Origin: a virus
Strand: one strand, 5' to 3'
Virus record (IMG/VR): IMGVR_UViG_3300029258_001308
Span: 1 to 64,000 of that record
Length of the DNA: 64,000 nucleotides
Shown: positions 55,197 through 64,000 of the stretch, piece after piece
How the letters are laid out: the number at the start of each line of letters is the position of its first letter
Position numbering within the stretch: the first letter of the stretch is position 1
Program-made: the position numbers and the translations under genes
Notes under the pieces: generated by a model
What the model was told of the DNA's origin: nothing
Databases searched by the model: none
What the model saw: the letters and a program-made list of their open reading frames with translations, nothing else

Positions 55197-55715
55197 CTAC
55201 CTGAACAGTTCCGCGAACTCTTGTCGAAGCTTCCGTCGCGTGATCTTCATTCCCGGCCTGAGCATCCCGCGAGGAGCTTGCTTACTCCATCCGAACTCGA
55301 GCCTGAGGATGTACGGTACGTGGCTAGCAACCTTGATCGTGAAAGCCCGTCCCGATTTAGACTCGTCCCAACTCCCCTCGTCCTCGCCTTCCTTCTCGGC
55401 AGCCCGTGAATAGTTGGCCGTAACCTTCCCCGCTCCTGGTACTGCTCCACCCACCTCTCGGAGATAGGGCATCCAAGAACCACGAGCGAACCCGGTCTTG
55501 ATCGGCGTCAGCTTGATGACCTCGCCCAGTAGAAAGAACATGACGTTCCGAAGGGTCGGCTCCTTCTTGACCTCGGCCTTCTTCAGCACCCGCTGAAGGT
55601 CCTTGTTGAAAGCCTCTGTGTGGAGCTCCACATTCATGATGCGAGACTTGGCCGACTTTCTGAAGGCCTTCGATCTCCTACCCGGCATCGTCAGTCTTCG
55701 ACCCTTGATCGCCAT
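55197..55715 (-). CDS. HK97 gp10-like neck/tail-completion protein
   Basis: TPIKTGFARGSW, VPYILRLEFGWSKQAPRGM. Confidence 0.8.
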   Translation of the reverse strand: MAIKGRRLTMPGRRSKAFRKSAKSRIMNVELHTEAFNKDLQRVLKKAEVKKEPTLRNVMFFLLGEVIKLTPIKTGFARGSWMPYLREVGGAVPGAGKVTANYSRAAEKEGEDEGSWDESKSGRAFTIKVASHVPYILRLEFGWSKQAPRGMLRPGMKITRRKLRQEFAELFR

Positions 55716-56089
55716 TACAGCTTCTCACAATGCAAACGATGGAGAACCTTCAGCCCGTCATGGTCCGCGTTGAATACGTTGTACTCTTGCGAGTCGTCAT
55801 CTACTACCGAGTCGATAGTAGAAGGATCGATCCCGGCAGACTCGATGTGAGCCTGCTGAATGTAGAAGAAGTACCGGCGGGTCTGAATAGCGTCCGTGCC
55901 CCGCTCGTCCTTCCTCTCCTTGTAAGCCGTCCTCACGGCGTAGAGCGTGACGTCCGTCGGGTCAGGCGCGACCTCTCCGGTCTCCACGTCCACGACAGGC
56001 GCCGCAGCATTCAACTTCAGCGTCACCTGCTTCCGCCAGTACGGCCAGGCCTGAACCAGCGCATCTTCGACTACGCTCTTGAATGACAT
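55715..56089 (-). CDS. Head-closure protein
   Basis: Synteny between adaptor and gp10-like genes. Confidence 0.6.
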   Translation of the reverse strand: MSFKSVVEDALVQAWPYWRKQVTLKLNAAAPVVDVETGEVAPDPTDVTLYAVRTAYKERKDERGTDAIQTRRYFFYIQQAHIESAGIDPSTIDSVVDDDSQEYNVFNADHDGLKVLHRLHCEKL

Positions 56090-56728
56090 CTATACAATCC
56101 CCAGTTGTGGGACGTCGTTGTGGTAGTTGGCGAGGAGACGGTCCACCGCTTTGTTCCCGGTCGTCCCCCCTGTTTCTGTCCCGCCAGATTCCTCGAGAGT
56201 GAACGAGAAGTCGCCAAGCTTCGCCGACTTGATGTCACCCTCGGTCGAGATACCCTCTGTGATGTCGTCCATCTTCTGAGCCGCCAAGATGGCGCAAGCC
56301 TTCGCGATGTTTCGGGGAGTCTTTTTCCATCCCCACTTCCCGGTGATCTGGACGTTCTGATTACCCTTGGGCCAGATCGGAGCATCGTCTCCCCACCGAG
56401 CACTTGCTCGCAGAGAGATGTCGTACTCGAGCGTGACCCTTCGTTCGTAGACCTTGTAGTCGCTAGAGTCTACGTCAGTGGTCGAGCCATCGGCCGGGTC
56501 CACGATCACGATGGATGTGATCTCGAGACACCTCAGCAGAGTGAGCTCCGGGAACAGAATGTCCGAGTGCCCAGTCCCATCGAAGTTGAAGGTCTTGTCG
56601 TCAGGCTCGAAGTGATCATCGCACTCTTCGTCGATCATCTCCATGGCCTCACGGATGGCTTGCTCGAACTCCTTGTTTGTCTCACCAGAGTCGTGAAACT
56701 TTCGTACGTCTGCTATTCGGCAGTACAT
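56090..56728 (-). CDS. Head-tail adaptor (connector) protein
   Basis: MYC...DV, A...ID..C, FDGTG, NVQITGKWGW...P..I..AC. Confidence 0.8.
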   Translation of the reverse strand: MYCRIADVRKFHDSGETNKEFEQAIREAMEMIDEECDDHFEPDDKTFNFDGTGHSDILFPELTLLRCLEITSIVIVDPADGSTTDVDSSDYKVYERRVTLEYDISLRASARWGDDAPIWPKGNQNVQITGKWGWKKTPRNIAKACAILAAQKMDDITEGISTEGDIKSAKLGDFSFTLEESGGTETGGTTGNKAVDRLLANYHNDVPQLGIV

Positions 56729-57765
56729 GGGACGCCCTCCATGATCTCCACTACCGCGTCAGCCACCTGCTCCGGAGTGATGAGCTCGTAGCAGGGGGTG
56801 TCCCGAAAGCACTTCTTCCTGTAGCATCCAAGGCAGTCAGAGTCGGGAACTAGCTTGACGCCTCGGCCATACATATCGATGTCGTCGGCTGGAGTAGAAC
56901 CGAAGATGGTCACGACTCTTCGTCTCAGAGCAATACCCAAGTGCATGCCGAACGAATCCATCGTGACCACGCAAGAGCATGAGGCCACCCAGCCAACGTA
57001 GTCCATGATCGATCGTCTCTGTTCTTGCATCTCCGGCTTGTAACCTCGCTCCTTCAGGAGCTCAGCTAACTTCTCCCAGCCTTTCCACTTCTTGAAGAAT
57101 CGATCTCCGGCCATGTAGTTCAGGCCGACCTTGCCAATTTCCTCCTTGGCCTTGAAGCCCGTGAAGAACGGGTAGTCGTCAGGCTCCTCTACTCCTATCA
57201 TCTTAGCACAGAGCTGCTGGTAGGTCAAGCAGCTCAGTCTCTTGGCTTCGTCGTCGATGCCGAGCTGGAAGGCCTCGCGAGCAGAGTCGGACATGGCGGC
57301 GGTGTTCCCGTACTGATCCATGCCGAACCCGTATCTCTCCTCGGCCTCGACAGCCACGGCTATGGCCGTACTCTCAGGCTCCTTATCCAAGCAGATCACG
57401 GCCTGGAACTTCATGACCATGATCGAGACCTGGCTCTTCCAGTTGTAGGGAATCAGCTTGTCAATCCCCTTGATTCTTCGCAGAATCTGAAACCCTTCGT
57501 CTGAGGTCAGCCATGTGATGTGGCAGTCGCTCCCGTACTTGGCCCTGATCGGACCAAGCAGAGAGGCGGTTCTGACCACATCCCCCATGGCGGCAAGCTT
57601 GATAAGCAGGACTCGAGTTCGAGTCGGCCTATAGTGCTTGCATCCTAGGCATCTCTGCCCGAACTTCTTGTGGGGCCAGCAAGGCTTGAACCCCTTGAAG
57701 TAGCGGCAGTCCGTGAGGATGCCCTCGAACTTGGCAACGTCTGCTAGTCGTCTACCGGTACCCAT
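56713..57765 (-). CDS. GT9 heptosyltransferase-like glycosyltransferase
   Basis: N-terminal Cys cluster, IKLAAMGDVVRT, VVTMDSFGMHLGIAL, IFGST, CLGCY...C...C. Confidence 0.9.
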   Translation of the reverse strand: MGTGRRLADVAKFEGILTDCRYFKGFKPCWPHKKFGQRCLGCKHYRPTRTRVLLIKLAAMGDVVRTASLLGPIRAKYGSDCHITWLTSDEGFQILRRIKGIDKLIPYNWKSQVSIMVMKFQAVICLDKEPESTAIAVAVEAEERYGFGMDQYGNTAAMSDSAREAFQLGIDDEAKRLSCLTYQQLCAKMIGVEEPDDYPFFTGFKAKEEIGKVGLNYMAGDRFFKKWKGWEKLAELLKERGYKPEMQEQRRSIMDYVGWVASCSCVVTMDSFGMHLGIALRRRVVTIFGSTPADDIDMYGRGVKLVPDSDCLGCYRKKCFRDTPCYELITPEQVADAVVEIMEGVPCTAE

Positions 57766-58583
57766 CTGTCTGGATTAGTCTCCATCCAAGCCCGAAGGCG
57801 CCCTTGGAACTTCTCCTCGTCCTGCAGCTGAAGCTGCCGACGCTGCTGGGAGTGCAGAGGATTAGCCGAGTCTCGAGACCCGCCACCCTCGGCCTCCATG
57901 TGCCACGACCTGACCCAAGGAAGATACAGACATTTGAACCCGGCGAAGTAGAGCCGGAGTGAAACGTCTGTCTCCTCCCGATGGCCCAGGTTTGTACACC
58001 ATGTAGCGAACCCGCCCACGTCTTGGAGAGCCTGCTTCCAGTAGATGAACCCGCCGTGCATGTGGCAAACTTCGATGGGCTCATTGTGGTCGATCCAGTG
58101 CTGCTGCATATCGTAGGGCTCGAGGATCATCCCCGTCTCGATCTTCTTCCGGGCAAACCCGTTCTGACTGGGACCCTGATTCAGTATTCTCCCACGATGC
58201 GCGTTGAGGAGACATCCTCCAGCCGCTGCCACCTCTGTCCTGTCCTGATCCACGATGAAGTCGTGCAGAAGCTGGATATAGTCGCGAGGAACAACTATAT
58301 CATCCTCGTGACGGATGCAGAGCTCGGCCTGGGCCGCCTCCATGGACTGCTGATAGGCGAAGGGTATTCCTTCGTTGGTACCACGAACCACGTTCACCCT
58401 GACCCCGTCATCCTCCAACATCCTGATCAGCAGTCTGATATGGTAGTGCGAGAGCACGTCGGGGTCCGAGTCGTCAACGATGACCAGCTCCCAGTCCTTG
58501 TGGGTCTGGAAGACAAGGCTAGCCAGAGCGGCGGACAAGTAGTTCGGCCGATTGCGAGTGATGATATGGAAGGACACTCTCAT
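57744..58583 (-). CDS. GT2 family glycosyltransferase
   Basis: SFHIITRNR, Q...DWELVIVDDS, HEDD, VGGF, REETD. Confidence 0.9.
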   Translation of the reverse strand: MRVSFHIITRNRPNYLSAALASLVFQTHKDWELVIVDDSDPDVLSHYHIRLLIRMLEDDGVRVNVVRGTNEGIPFAYQQSMEAAQAELCIRHEDDIVVPRDYIQLLHDFIVDQDRTEVAAAGGCLLNAHRGRILNQGPSQNGFARKKIETGMILEPYDMQQHWIDHNEPIEVCHMHGGFIYWKQALQDVGGFATWCTNLGHREETDVSLRLYFAGFKCLYLPWVRSWHMEAEGGGSRDSANPLHSQQRRQLQLQDEEKFQGRLRAWMETNPDRWVPVDD

Positions 58584-58585
58584 AG

Positions 58586-59185
58586 CTAGCTCCTTGTCAC
58601 TGCGATTAGGATGAAGTCCTTACCCTTGGTATACTTCACCCTGTTGACCTCGAAGTCGTTGGGAACTCCCTCGAAGAGTCTCTTCACGGACTCCTCTGTT
58701 ACATGCCATTCGTGCGAAGGGTTGTCAACCATGGCCGGATCGTACCCCTCCTTCGCGAATGGCATCGTGATGACAACCTTCTTAGAGGCTACCCGAATAG
58801 CCTCGAAGACAACCTGTCTAGCATCCTCGATCGAGATGTGCTCCAGCATCTCGGCGATGACCACGGTGTCGAACTCCTCGTGATGGAAGGGAAGCCCAAA
58901 GGTGACGTCCATACAGAAGTACTTGCAGTCAGGGTATCTGAGCTTGGCTGCTCTGAGTCTCTCTCGATCAATGTCAACACCGACCCGAACTCCCGCCAAC
59001 CTTCCTAAGATGTAGCCCTCTGCACAGCCGAGATCGAGTATCGACCCCTCTGCTTTTCGGATGATCCAGTTGACCCTTTCCCTCTGGGCCTCTGATATAT
59101 AGCCACCATCATCCGACGGAGGCTGACGAATCTCGTCCAGCCTGGCAACATCAAGGTGGACCCGATAGTCTTCCGCGTCACTCAC
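58586..59185 (-). CDS. Class I SAM-dependent methyltransferase
   Basis: ILDLGCAEG, GVDID, LPF....FDTV...EMLEH. Confidence 0.9.
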   Translation of the reverse strand: MSDAEDYRVHLDVARLDEIRQPPSDDGGYISEAQRERVNWIIRKAEGSILDLGCAEGYILGRLAGVRVGVDIDRERLRAAKLRYPDCKYFCMDVTFGLPFHHEEFDTVVIAEMLEHISIEDARQVVFEAIRVASKKVVITMPFAKEGYDPAMVDNPSHEWHVTEESVKRLFEGVPNDFEVNRVKYTKGKDFILIAVTRS

Positions 59186-60483
59186 TTGTGTCTTCCCTCA
59201 TCTCGCATATAGTCCATCAGCCTCTTGCGGGCCTGGACTAAGGCGGGGACGTCCATCTCGGGAGTCCTAGCCGCGAAGCCTTCGTTCGTATCCTCCCAAC
59301 CCAGAAGCCAGTATCGAGACCAGTCCCTTGAAAAGATCTCGATCTCGAACTCCTCGGGATGATCGTAGATGGGAGAGCCAGGATATGGCTGGAACGTCGA
59401 GAGCGTGCAGCGATCAGGCTGAACCCTCTCGATGAAGTCTACCGTATCCTGGACCGAGCTCGGAGATTCTCCCGGAAGCCCGATGATGAAGTAAGCTTTT
59501 GAGACCATGCCGACTTCCTTAGTCCATGCGATGGCCTGCTCAGCTTGCTCTATCGAGACACCCTTCCGGATATGATTGAGAATCCGCTGCGACCCGGACT
59601 CCACTCCGAACGCCACCTCCACGCAACCCGCATCACGGAGGGTGACGAGATTCGGTCGGGTGGTAAGATCGCATCTCAAATGCGTTCTGAACTTCAGCTC
59701 CGTCTTCCGGAACTGGTCGCAGATCGCCGTCAATCTCTCGGGCTTGAGTCCGATGATCTCGTCGACAAGTCGCACTTCTGTCACACCAAGTATCTTCTTC
59801 ATCAGCCGCAGCTCTTCGTATACCCACTCGGCAGAGTGGAGCCTGACCTTCCCCTCCCAGGTCGCATTGGAACAGAAGGCACAGCGATACGGACAGCCAC
59901 GAGATGTGGAGATACATGAGGCTCGCTCTCCTTCTTCTACGAGTTCATAGGAGACAGCCGAGTCTTCAGCGATGTCCTGCCAAGCGAGGTGCGGAAGTGA
60001 GTCAAGCTCCTTGATGCTCTCCCGCTTCGTGTTGACATAGATCGCTCCCCATCCATCCTTGTAAGCCAAGCCATCGATCACGTCCAATGGCTTCCCGGCT
60101 ACTATCTCGGACAAGGTCTTCTCGCCTTCTCCGAAGACGGCGTAGTCGAAGTCGGTCTTGAGGAGAGTATCCTTCGCAAGCACTGAGGCGTGCGCCCCTC
60201 CTATGATTCGATAAGCCGAGGAACGATGCTCCTTCAGCCAGGTGGCCACTCGGGCCGCGTAACCCATGTCCCCGGTGGTGGCCGAGACACCGAAGTAGTG
60301 AGCCTCGGGAATGACGTCACCCCACTGCTCCTCGGTGTATCTTCCTGACAGATCAACGATGCTGACTTCGCAGTCAACGGTCCGTCTGAGATACGCAGCT
60401 AGAGCGAGAAGACCTAGAGGAGCCTGGAGCCGCTCGTTCCAAAGCATCTTGTTGGGAAGCCTGATGAGAGCTACTTGATTCAT
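59182..60483 (-). CDS. Cobalamin-dependent radical SAM enzyme
   Basis: PLGLLALAAYL, IIGGAHAS, GEGE (B12 domain); TSRGCPYRCAFC; FGVESGS; PYPGS. Confidence 0.92.
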   Translation of the reverse strand: MNQVALIRLPNKMLWNERLQAPLGLLALAAYLRRTVDCEVSIVDLSGRYTEEQWGDVIPEAHYFGVSATTGDMGYAARVATWLKEHRSSAYRIIGGAHASVLAKDTLLKTDFDYAVFGEGEKTLSEIVAGKPLDVIDGLAYKDGWGAIYVNTKRESIKELDSLPHLAWQDIAEDSAVSYELVEEGERASCISTSRGCPYRCAFCSNATWEGKVRLHSAEWVYEELRLMKKILGVTEVRLVDEIIGLKPERLTAICDQFRKTELKFRTHLRCDLTTRPNLVTLRDAGCVEVAFGVESGSQRILNHIRKGVSIEQAEQAIAWTKEVGMVSKAYFIIGLPGESPSSVQDTVDFIERVQPDRCTLSTFQPYPGSPIYDHPEEFEIEIFSRDWSRYWLLGWEDTNEGFAARTPEMDVPALVQARKRLMDYMRDEGRHK

Positions 60484-62651
60484 CACGGTAGCTCTCCCCT
60501 CAGAGCCTCGATGACCCGCTCCGAAGTGATGGCCTTCATGCAAACCTTACCTTGCCCACGGATACATCGAGTCAGCCAGTCGCTGGCTTCCCACCAGCAG
60601 GGAGGACACACATGTGCATTGATGTTGATGTTGTCCAAGTACCCGAAGACTCGCTCGTCGGTGGGACCGAAAAGAACCAGGCTCCGGGTATGCACGGCCC
60701 TGGCCAAGTGGACCAGCCCACCCTCCGGGCCCATGTGAAGCCTAGCTCCCTCCAGTACTCCCGCCAACTCGTCGACTCTGAACTTGCCTAGCATCGGCTC
60801 AGCCAACGGAAGCTTAGACTCCCCAGACCGGCCGACCTGGACAACGTTGAAGCCTTGATCCTTGACGAACCCAATGACCTCGGCCCATCGCTCAGGCTCC
60901 CATACTTTTACTGTCTCCCCTTCGTTCGAGGAGTTGTTCACGGTGACATAGGGCTGAAGCTTCTCGAGTGGCTTCCTCTTCTTGCCTTGAACGTCCCCCA
61001 ACTTCCAGGACAGCCGAAGATCGTCGCCGCCTAGCGGGACACCCAACATTCTCGCGGCAAACTCGGTGATGTGAAGCCCAGAGAGGCCGATACAGTGATA
61101 CCGCATCGGACGACCTACAGACTCAAGCAACTTCCAGTATCCCTCATAGAAAGGAGAGAGGAAGGAGCCAAGCATCTCCACGGCCTTGTCGGAGAAGAGA
61201 ATCTCGGGAGTGCAGAGACAATCCATGTAGATGTCGTAATCGCGACCATACCTCTGCCGGGCTGCGCTGTTGTCGACAGCGATCTGACGAACAGAATCTA
61301 CAGTGTTGTCCTTGGCGAACAAGTCTCGATGCTGCCCGATGTTCAACTCAACGAAGGCCTGAGGGTAGGCTCGCTTAGCTGCTTTCGCAATCCCGAAAGA
61401 GATCAGCGTATCTCCCAATCCCGCTACCTCAGTGATCCCTATCTTGAGCCCGGTCCCCGTTCGATCACTGGCCTCAGCCACCGCGATGGGTCTTCGAGGT
61501 GGAGACTTGGACCGGGTCATAAGCTCGAGATTCGGGACCTCCATGATTCGAGGATCATCGAGAAGACGGAGAACAGACTGGAAGGCCAGGTGGGCCGAGA
61601 TCTTCCCGACACAGTCGTGGCCAAGCCGACAGTCGTCTCGATGCGTGAAGCAAGGAGCGCAAGGAAGGTCTGTTTCAAGAGCTATGAAGCCAGACTCATG
61701 AGTGACCCGAAGCCGAGCGGGAAAAGGACCGTACAGACCCACTGCGGGGACACCCAGTGCAGAGGCCACCTGTATGAACCCTGAGTCGGGGCCGACTAGA
61801 CAGCTAGACCTTTCGATGATCGCTGCGGCCTGAGCTGGGGTTGTCTTCCCCGTCAAGTTGATACAGTCGGGCACATCCTTGAGATGTTTCTCAAGAGCGA
61901 CGCACGTATAGCCCTTCTCGTTCAACTTCTTGATCAACTGCTTGCAATGCCTGAAGGGCCACGAACGAGCTGAAGACGATGCCGCAAGATGGACGGCGAT
62001 GATCTTCTCGCGAGGTACATCCACCAACTGCTTATCTGCCCAAGCCCTGGCCGACTCTGATACGAAGACATCAGGGTTCCGATCACTCGGGGCTTCTATC
62101 CCGAGCCAGTCGGCATAGCAGTCGACCATGTGAAGTTGGTCGGCGTTTGGGTTGTTCTCGACTGCGCCGGCCAGGTCGATGGTGAAGTCGAACTCGTCGG
62201 TGTGCGCTAGCGCTGTCCGTGAGGACAGAACCTTATTGACGTACCTGAATCGAAGGAACGAGTGCCACTCCTGGAATGCAGCCAAGCTGATCGAGAGAGT
62301 GGGAAACCTCTTCTTCAGATCCCTCATCAGTGGAGTTAGGAGAAGTATGTCCCCTATCCCACCATGGCGAATCAGGAGGAGAGCCTTCCCATTGAGATCA
62401 GCCGGGAGGACGTCTACGGGTGGACGGTCCTTGATTCGAATTCCACGACGCTCTAGCTGAAGAACGTCGTCGTGGGTCGCGTCAAGGAGAGTGAAGCTCG
62501 GCTTACCCTTACCGTCTTTCTGATTGAGTAGGTATTCCGAGTCGCGATCATCCGCTATCTGGCGGACCTCGCCCTTCTTCACGGAGAACTTGTTCCGTGA
62601 GAAGGGCAAGGTCGTTGCCAGCGAAAGACCATCATATCTGAGGGTCTTCAT
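60483..62651 (-). CDS. Tandem (double) GT9 glycosyltransferase with short N-terminal extra domain
   Basis: Two GT9 units: GGIGDILL...GPDSG...GLYGP...CAPC and GLGDTL...GPEGGLVH...VLFGPT...CPPC. Confidence 0.9.
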   Translation of the reverse strand: MKTLRYDGLSLATTLPFSRNKFSVKKGEVRQIADDRDSEYLLNQKDGKGKPSFTLLDATHDDVLQLERRGIRIKDRPPVDVLPADLNGKALLLIRHGGIGDILLLTPLMRDLKKRFPTLSISLAAFQEWHSFLRFRYVNKVLSSRTALAHTDEFDFTIDLAGAVENNPNADQLHMVDCYADWLGIEAPSDRNPDVFVSESARAWADKQLVDVPREKIIAVHLAASSSARSWPFRHCKQLIKKLNEKGYTCVALEKHLKDVPDCINLTGKTTPAQAAAIIERSSCLVGPDSGFIQVASALGVPAVGLYGPFPARLRVTHESGFIALETDLPCAPCFTHRDDCRLGHDCVGKISAHLAFQSVLRLLDDPRIMEVPNLELMTRSKSPPRRPIAVAEASDRTGTGLKIGITEVAGLGDTLISFGIAKAAKRAYPQAFVELNIGQHRDLFAKDNTVDSVRQIAVDNSAARQRYGRDYDIYMDCLCTPEILFSDKAVEMLGSFLSPFYEGYWKLLESVGRPMRYHCIGLSGLHITEFAARMLGVPLGGDDLRLSWKLGDVQGKKRKPLEKLQPYVTVNNSSNEGETVKVWEPERWAEVIGFVKDQGFNVVQVGRSGESKLPLAEPMLGKFRVDELAGVLEGARLHMGPEGGLVHLARAVHTRSLVLFGPTDERVFGYLDNININAHVCPPCWWEASDWLTRCIRGQGKVCMKAITSERVIEALRGELP

Positions 62652-62683
62652 CTTTCTTCGTTTCTTCCTTTTTGCTCACCGGC

Positions 62684-63670
62684 TTACGAGTAATCGGAGC
62701 CGGAGAGGCTGAGCTGTTTCGCGAGCACGATCGCGTCCGTGTTCTCGATGACGTAGTCGTTCTCGTGATAAGTGGTGCACTCCCACTTATCCGTCCTGGG
62801 CTTGAACTCCCAGTAGACGTCGAACTGCCTGAGCGGTACGTAGATGAACTGCATGGTGTTGCACAGCCAGACGAACGAGAGATCGGTGTACGCCGTGGTG
62901 CCGATGGTGGCCTCCAGATCCTCGGGGATCAGGGGAACCTCCACCAGCTCGATGCCGAACGGGCGCAGAGGCACTGACCTCTGGTGGGCTGCGTCGCCCA
63001 ACGCCGTCGCTCTCCCGGACACCGCGTTCGCGTAGTGCTGGTAGACCTTCGGTGAAGCAAGGAACTTCCAGTTTGCGCGATCCATGGAGTACTTGGAGGG
63101 CATGGCATCGATCATGTCCGAGAACAGCTTCTGCGAGACGTGAGCACCGGCGGCGTCGACCTCGTGAGCCACGCCCAGAGTCTGCTTGTACCAACCGTTG
63201 TTCCTCTTGAGCAGTCGGTCCAAGGCAGTGGTACCAGTTATGGTCTCATCGCCCTGGATGCCCAGAAGTTCAAGGTCAGTCGACATCCTCTTGGCGAATG
63301 ACTTGTAGAGGCTCTGCCTCCAGCCCTCTCGCTCTATGTTGCGCTCGAGAGCCTCCTTGGTCAGATCGAAAGCGGACCTCAGCTTCTTCACAACGAACTC
63401 GACCTTCGAAAGCGTCGGCTCGTAGAGGTTGCCGGAGTCTGCGTTCTCATCGGCCGACTCCGTTACCGGAGCGCCGATGTTCATCAGGTCGACTTCCCCC
63501 TTGTGAACGTCCATCTTCTCGGTTCTGACCATCTTCATGAGGCGGGTCTCATCGACCGTGAGATCGATGAACTTGTCGGCCTGATAGCCGAGAAGCTCAC
63601 CACCGGACGCCAGGTCCGTTGAGTCGATGGCCTTCATGATCTCTTCCTGAGTCTTAGGCAATTGTATCAC
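62684..63670 (-). CDS. Major capsid protein (HK97 fold)
   Basis: AAGGGAGG RBS; GG.L...QADKFID, LE.NIE, DLELLGIQGD, F..MI.AMP.KY. Confidence 0.9.
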   Translation of the reverse strand: MIQLPKTQEEIMKAIDSTDLASGGELLGYQADKFIDLTVDETRLMKMVRTEKMDVHKGEVDLMNIGAPVTESADENADSGNLYEPTLSKVEFVVKKLRSAFDLTKEALERNIEREGWRQSLYKSFAKRMSTDLELLGIQGDETITGTTALDRLLKRNNGWYKQTLGVAHEVDAAGAHVSQKLFSDMIDAMPSKYSMDRANWKFLASPKVYQHYANAVSGRATALGDAAHQRSVPLRPFGIELVEVPLIPEDLEATIGTTAYTDLSFVWLCNTMQFIYVPLRQFDVYWEFKPRTDKWECTTYHENDYVIENTDAIVLAKQLSLSGSDYS

Positions 63671-63735
63671 CTCCCTTCCTGTTTCCTGTAGACTCGGAAA
63701 TGTACTCTTGCTTCCCTATGTTAGGGAAGAGGTTC

Positions 63736-64000
63736 TTACGACTTCGGGGTGCCCGGGGGCATCGGGAAGCCTATGTCCTCTTCCTCCTTGGTCGCGTCCT
63801 CCAGAAGCTGGGAGCCGCCGGTCGCCTTGCAGATGACGTCGAGCTTCTTCTCTATGTCGCTCATCCTGTCGTCCGCGCTCTTCGTCTTCTCTTTGGCGTC
63901 GCCGTCGTCTTCCTTCTTCTCGGAGTCGTCGCCGTCCTCGGAGCCCTTCTCCTCGTCGGCCTCGTCCTTGTCGCCCTTGTCGGCGTCGTCGGACTTCTCG
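63736..64000 (-). CDS. C-terminus of prohead protease/scaffold protein (partial)
   Basis: Acidic, charged low-complexity frame ending TAA just upstream of the capsid gene. Confidence 0.6.
   Translation of the reverse strand, partial: EKSDDADKGDKDEADEEKGSEDGDDSEKKEDDGDAKEKTKSADDRMSDIEKKLDVICKATGGSQLLEDATKEEEDIGFPMPPGTPKS

Noticed and set aside
43528-62651. Captured host LPS locus or chimeric assembly
   Set aside because: The GT, kinase and rSAM genes overlap or abut capsid, adaptor and tail genes on the same strand at two separate places, which indicates integral phage genes.
1-64000. Stop-codon reassignment, suggested by long overlaps and in-frame gene fusions
   Set aside because: Conserved long genes are intact under code 11, and TAA, TAG and TGA all end genes at expected positions.

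Overview
The window is most of the genome of a GC-rich (roughly 60% by eye) tailed dsDNA bacteriophage, most likely with a long non-contractile tail. No integrase, tRNA, rRNA or CRISPR array was seen. It has three blocks. (1) 1-10.6 kb, minus strand: RuvC-like resolvase, small accessory genes, DHH phosphoesterase, methyltransferase, small and large terminase, holin-like gene and a beta-helix protein running off the left edge. (2) 11.3-43.3 kb, plus strand, early/replication arm: many small accessory genes, SNF2 helicase, PD-(D/E)XK nuclease, AAA_24 NTPase, DUF669 SSB, a DnaG-primase/MCM-helicase fusion, a nucleotide-modification cluster (DUF1599-like, all-alpha dNTPase, two divergent thymidylate-synthase-fold paralogs, family-4 UDG, Asp-type TS, dCMP deaminase), family A DNA polymerase and a run of Lys-rich early proteins. 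(3) 43.5-64 kb, minus strand, morphogenesis operon from scaffold and major capsid to tail. The most notable feature is that the structural operon is loaded with modification enzymes. A CteB/SCIFF-like radical SAM-SPASM maturase lies directly behind a 1304-aa tail protein that carries an internal RiPP-like CxxxC repeat (21 Cys in 101 aa). Four GT9 heptosyltransferase-like domains (three genes), a GT2, a methyltransferase, a B12-dependent radical SAM enzyme and an HldE/RfaE-type kinase are also interleaved with capsid and tail genes. This suggests a phage-encoded system that thioether-crosslinks and glycosylates its own virion proteins (inference). All family assignments come from motifs recognised by eye, not from database searches.
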